A program made the translations under genes and the position numbers. Source: Neocallimastix sp. 'constans' (taxonomy: Eukaryota). Taken from it: a stretch of 64,000 bases of DNA. The notes under the pieces were generated by a model. The model was not told the DNA's origin and did no database searches. It saw only the letters and a list, made by a program, of their open reading frames with translations. Below, piece by piece: positions 61,956 through 64,000 of the stretch. Numbering within the stretch: the first letter of the stretch is position 1; the number at the start of each line of letters is the position of its first letter. The stretch covers positions 1,054,001 through 1,118,000 of the forward strand of contig JBODTK010000001.1 in the NCBI GenBank assembly GCA_050613775.1, in the 5' to 3' direction.

Positions 61956-64000
61956 TATTATGATTATTATGATATTATTTGATAATAGAATTGTACTTAA
62001 GAATAAAAATAAAAATTTATTAATTAGTTTCATTAATATTTAAATAAAGTTAAAGATAATATTCTTTAAAAAAAAAATTTTATATATATATCAAATAGTG
62101 ATTAGCTTTTTCATTTATTTGTATCCTTTGTATTACATTTAACAATAATAACGAACATTCTCTTATTCTTATTAATTATCGAACAAAGGTTACATTAAAA
62201 ATTATAAAAATATAAAGAAAAAAAAAAAAGATTTTATTTTCGGGTATTACAATAAATAAATAAAATAAATGAATAAATAAAATAAATAAATAAATAAAAT
62301 AAATAAATAAATAAAATAAATAAATAATAAATACTAATAATATTAATAATATTTATAATAATATTATTATTATTATTTATATTTTTAATATTATAATAGA
62401 ATATAAATATTAATATGATTTAAAGAATAAAAGATTAAAAATTAAAATTTATTAGAATTCTCACATAAATTTAAAAAAAAAAGAAAAAAATTATTTGTAT
62501 AACTTTATTATATATTAATAAACTTTTTTAATTTATTTATCAAATATAATTTCTTTTTTATATTTAATAAACTTTATTTTATATTCAATAAAAATTTTAA
62601 TAATTATAAATTTTTTTTTCTTATTTATTTACCTTTTTTTTTTTTTTTTTTTTAAGATTTTATATATTTTATTTTATAAAATTTTATATAAATTTTATTT
62701 TTTATTTTTTATATTTAGCTAAGCCTTAAAACAAAAACAAAAAAAAGCAAAGACTTTTTTAATTTCCAATCAAATAAAAATAAATAAGGTTTTATATTTA
62801 TGTATTATGTATTATATTATGTATATAATATATTATATTATATGTATATTATATATAATAAAATAAAACAAATTTTAATGATTATGTTTATTATATTTGG
62901 AAATAGGTAAATATAATAAAATAAAAAAAATTAAATATATTAAATGATTTGATTTGACTACTAAATGTCTATTTAAAAATAAGTATTAAAAGGTTTTAAT
63001 TTGTTTATTTTTTTTTATACCGTATTTGAATTATAGAATCAAATAATATTCAAAAAAAAAAAAATAAAAAACTATAAAATAATAAAAGTATTTAATAATA
63101 CTATATGCTATATATGCTAAATATTTTTAATAATTATTAATAATATTAAAAGATTCATTGATGAATTTAAGAAGTCTTCATTAAAATAAACATGACATAG
63201 AAAAAAAAAAGGGGACGACCATAATTATCTAAATAGTATTATATAAACTAATGATTAATCAAGTATTTATTATCATTTTTATTATTAATTATGAATGGTT
63301 ATTATTAATCATTAATAATTTATTATTATTGCCTAAACATAATTTTATCATGTTATTATATATAATTTAATATATCTTTTATAATTCTGTAAAAAAAAAA
63401 AAAAAAAAAAAACACAAACCATAAAAAGCTAAAAAAAATATATATATATATATAAAGATAAATTAAATTAAAATTTAACGTGTTACTTTCCATAAAGAGA
63501 GAAAAGAAAGATAAAAATAAATAAATAAATAAATAAAAATTGACTCCCAAAAAGAAAATTAATATATAGGTTAGAGAATATATAAACTTTAATTCATATC
63601 TATATCTCTATAGATATAATTAATTAATATAAACATAACGAATTAAACAATTTAAAAATAAATAAATAAATAAATAATATAAATTAAATATACAAATCTA
63701 TCATATAAATTAAATTAATATATATATTTCAAAAATTTTCTAAAACTGATTTAATCTTTAATTTCAAAAAAAAAAAAGGTACAAAAGTTTACAGAACTAT
63801 TTATTTTTTTATTTTTTTTATATTATTTTTAATACATTATCTTTTTTTTAAAAAAAAAAAAAAAAAAAAAAATTATTTATATTAAAAATTAAAACTTTTT
63901 CATTTTATTAATTATTATTAATTATTATTAATTATTATTAATTATAAATTATTAAAAATAATATTTATTATTATTAATAATTAATTATTTGGGCTTTTAT

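Overview
Extremely AT-rich, gene-sparse eukaryotic DNA with GT-AG introns, long poly-A/poly-T runs and (AAT)n tracts. This architecture fits an anaerobic gut fungus (Neocallimastigomycota), which is inferred and not proven. Three intact spliced genes can be reconstructed with phase-consistent introns: a 294-aa Vps51-like protein (13245-14608, +), a 1261-aa Asn/Ser-rich protein (18659-23099, -) and a 2261-aa Asn-rich putative nuclear regulator (38368-45996, -). The most interesting part is a bacterial-looking island at about 5.2-8.75 kb. It contains a disabled, apparently intronless ankyrin gene ending in a ribbon-helix-helix (RHH)-like domain, a 13-unit 47/53-bp tandem array starting just after its stop codon (with an inverted relic at 57.5 kb), a perfect 13-bp inverted repeat, and a near full-length RimJ/RimL-type GNAT acetyltransferase pseudogene not called by the ORF track. 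In that pseudogene three of four recognisable Trp codons are TGA and conserved Arg codons show CpG-type decay. Two further higher-GC, homopolymer-riddled islands (15.7-17.3 kb, 33.2-37.0 kb) look like decayed elements. Most other listed ORFs are low-complexity artefacts. No rRNA, tRNA or CRISPR array was found. All family assignments are by eye and need HMM confirmation.
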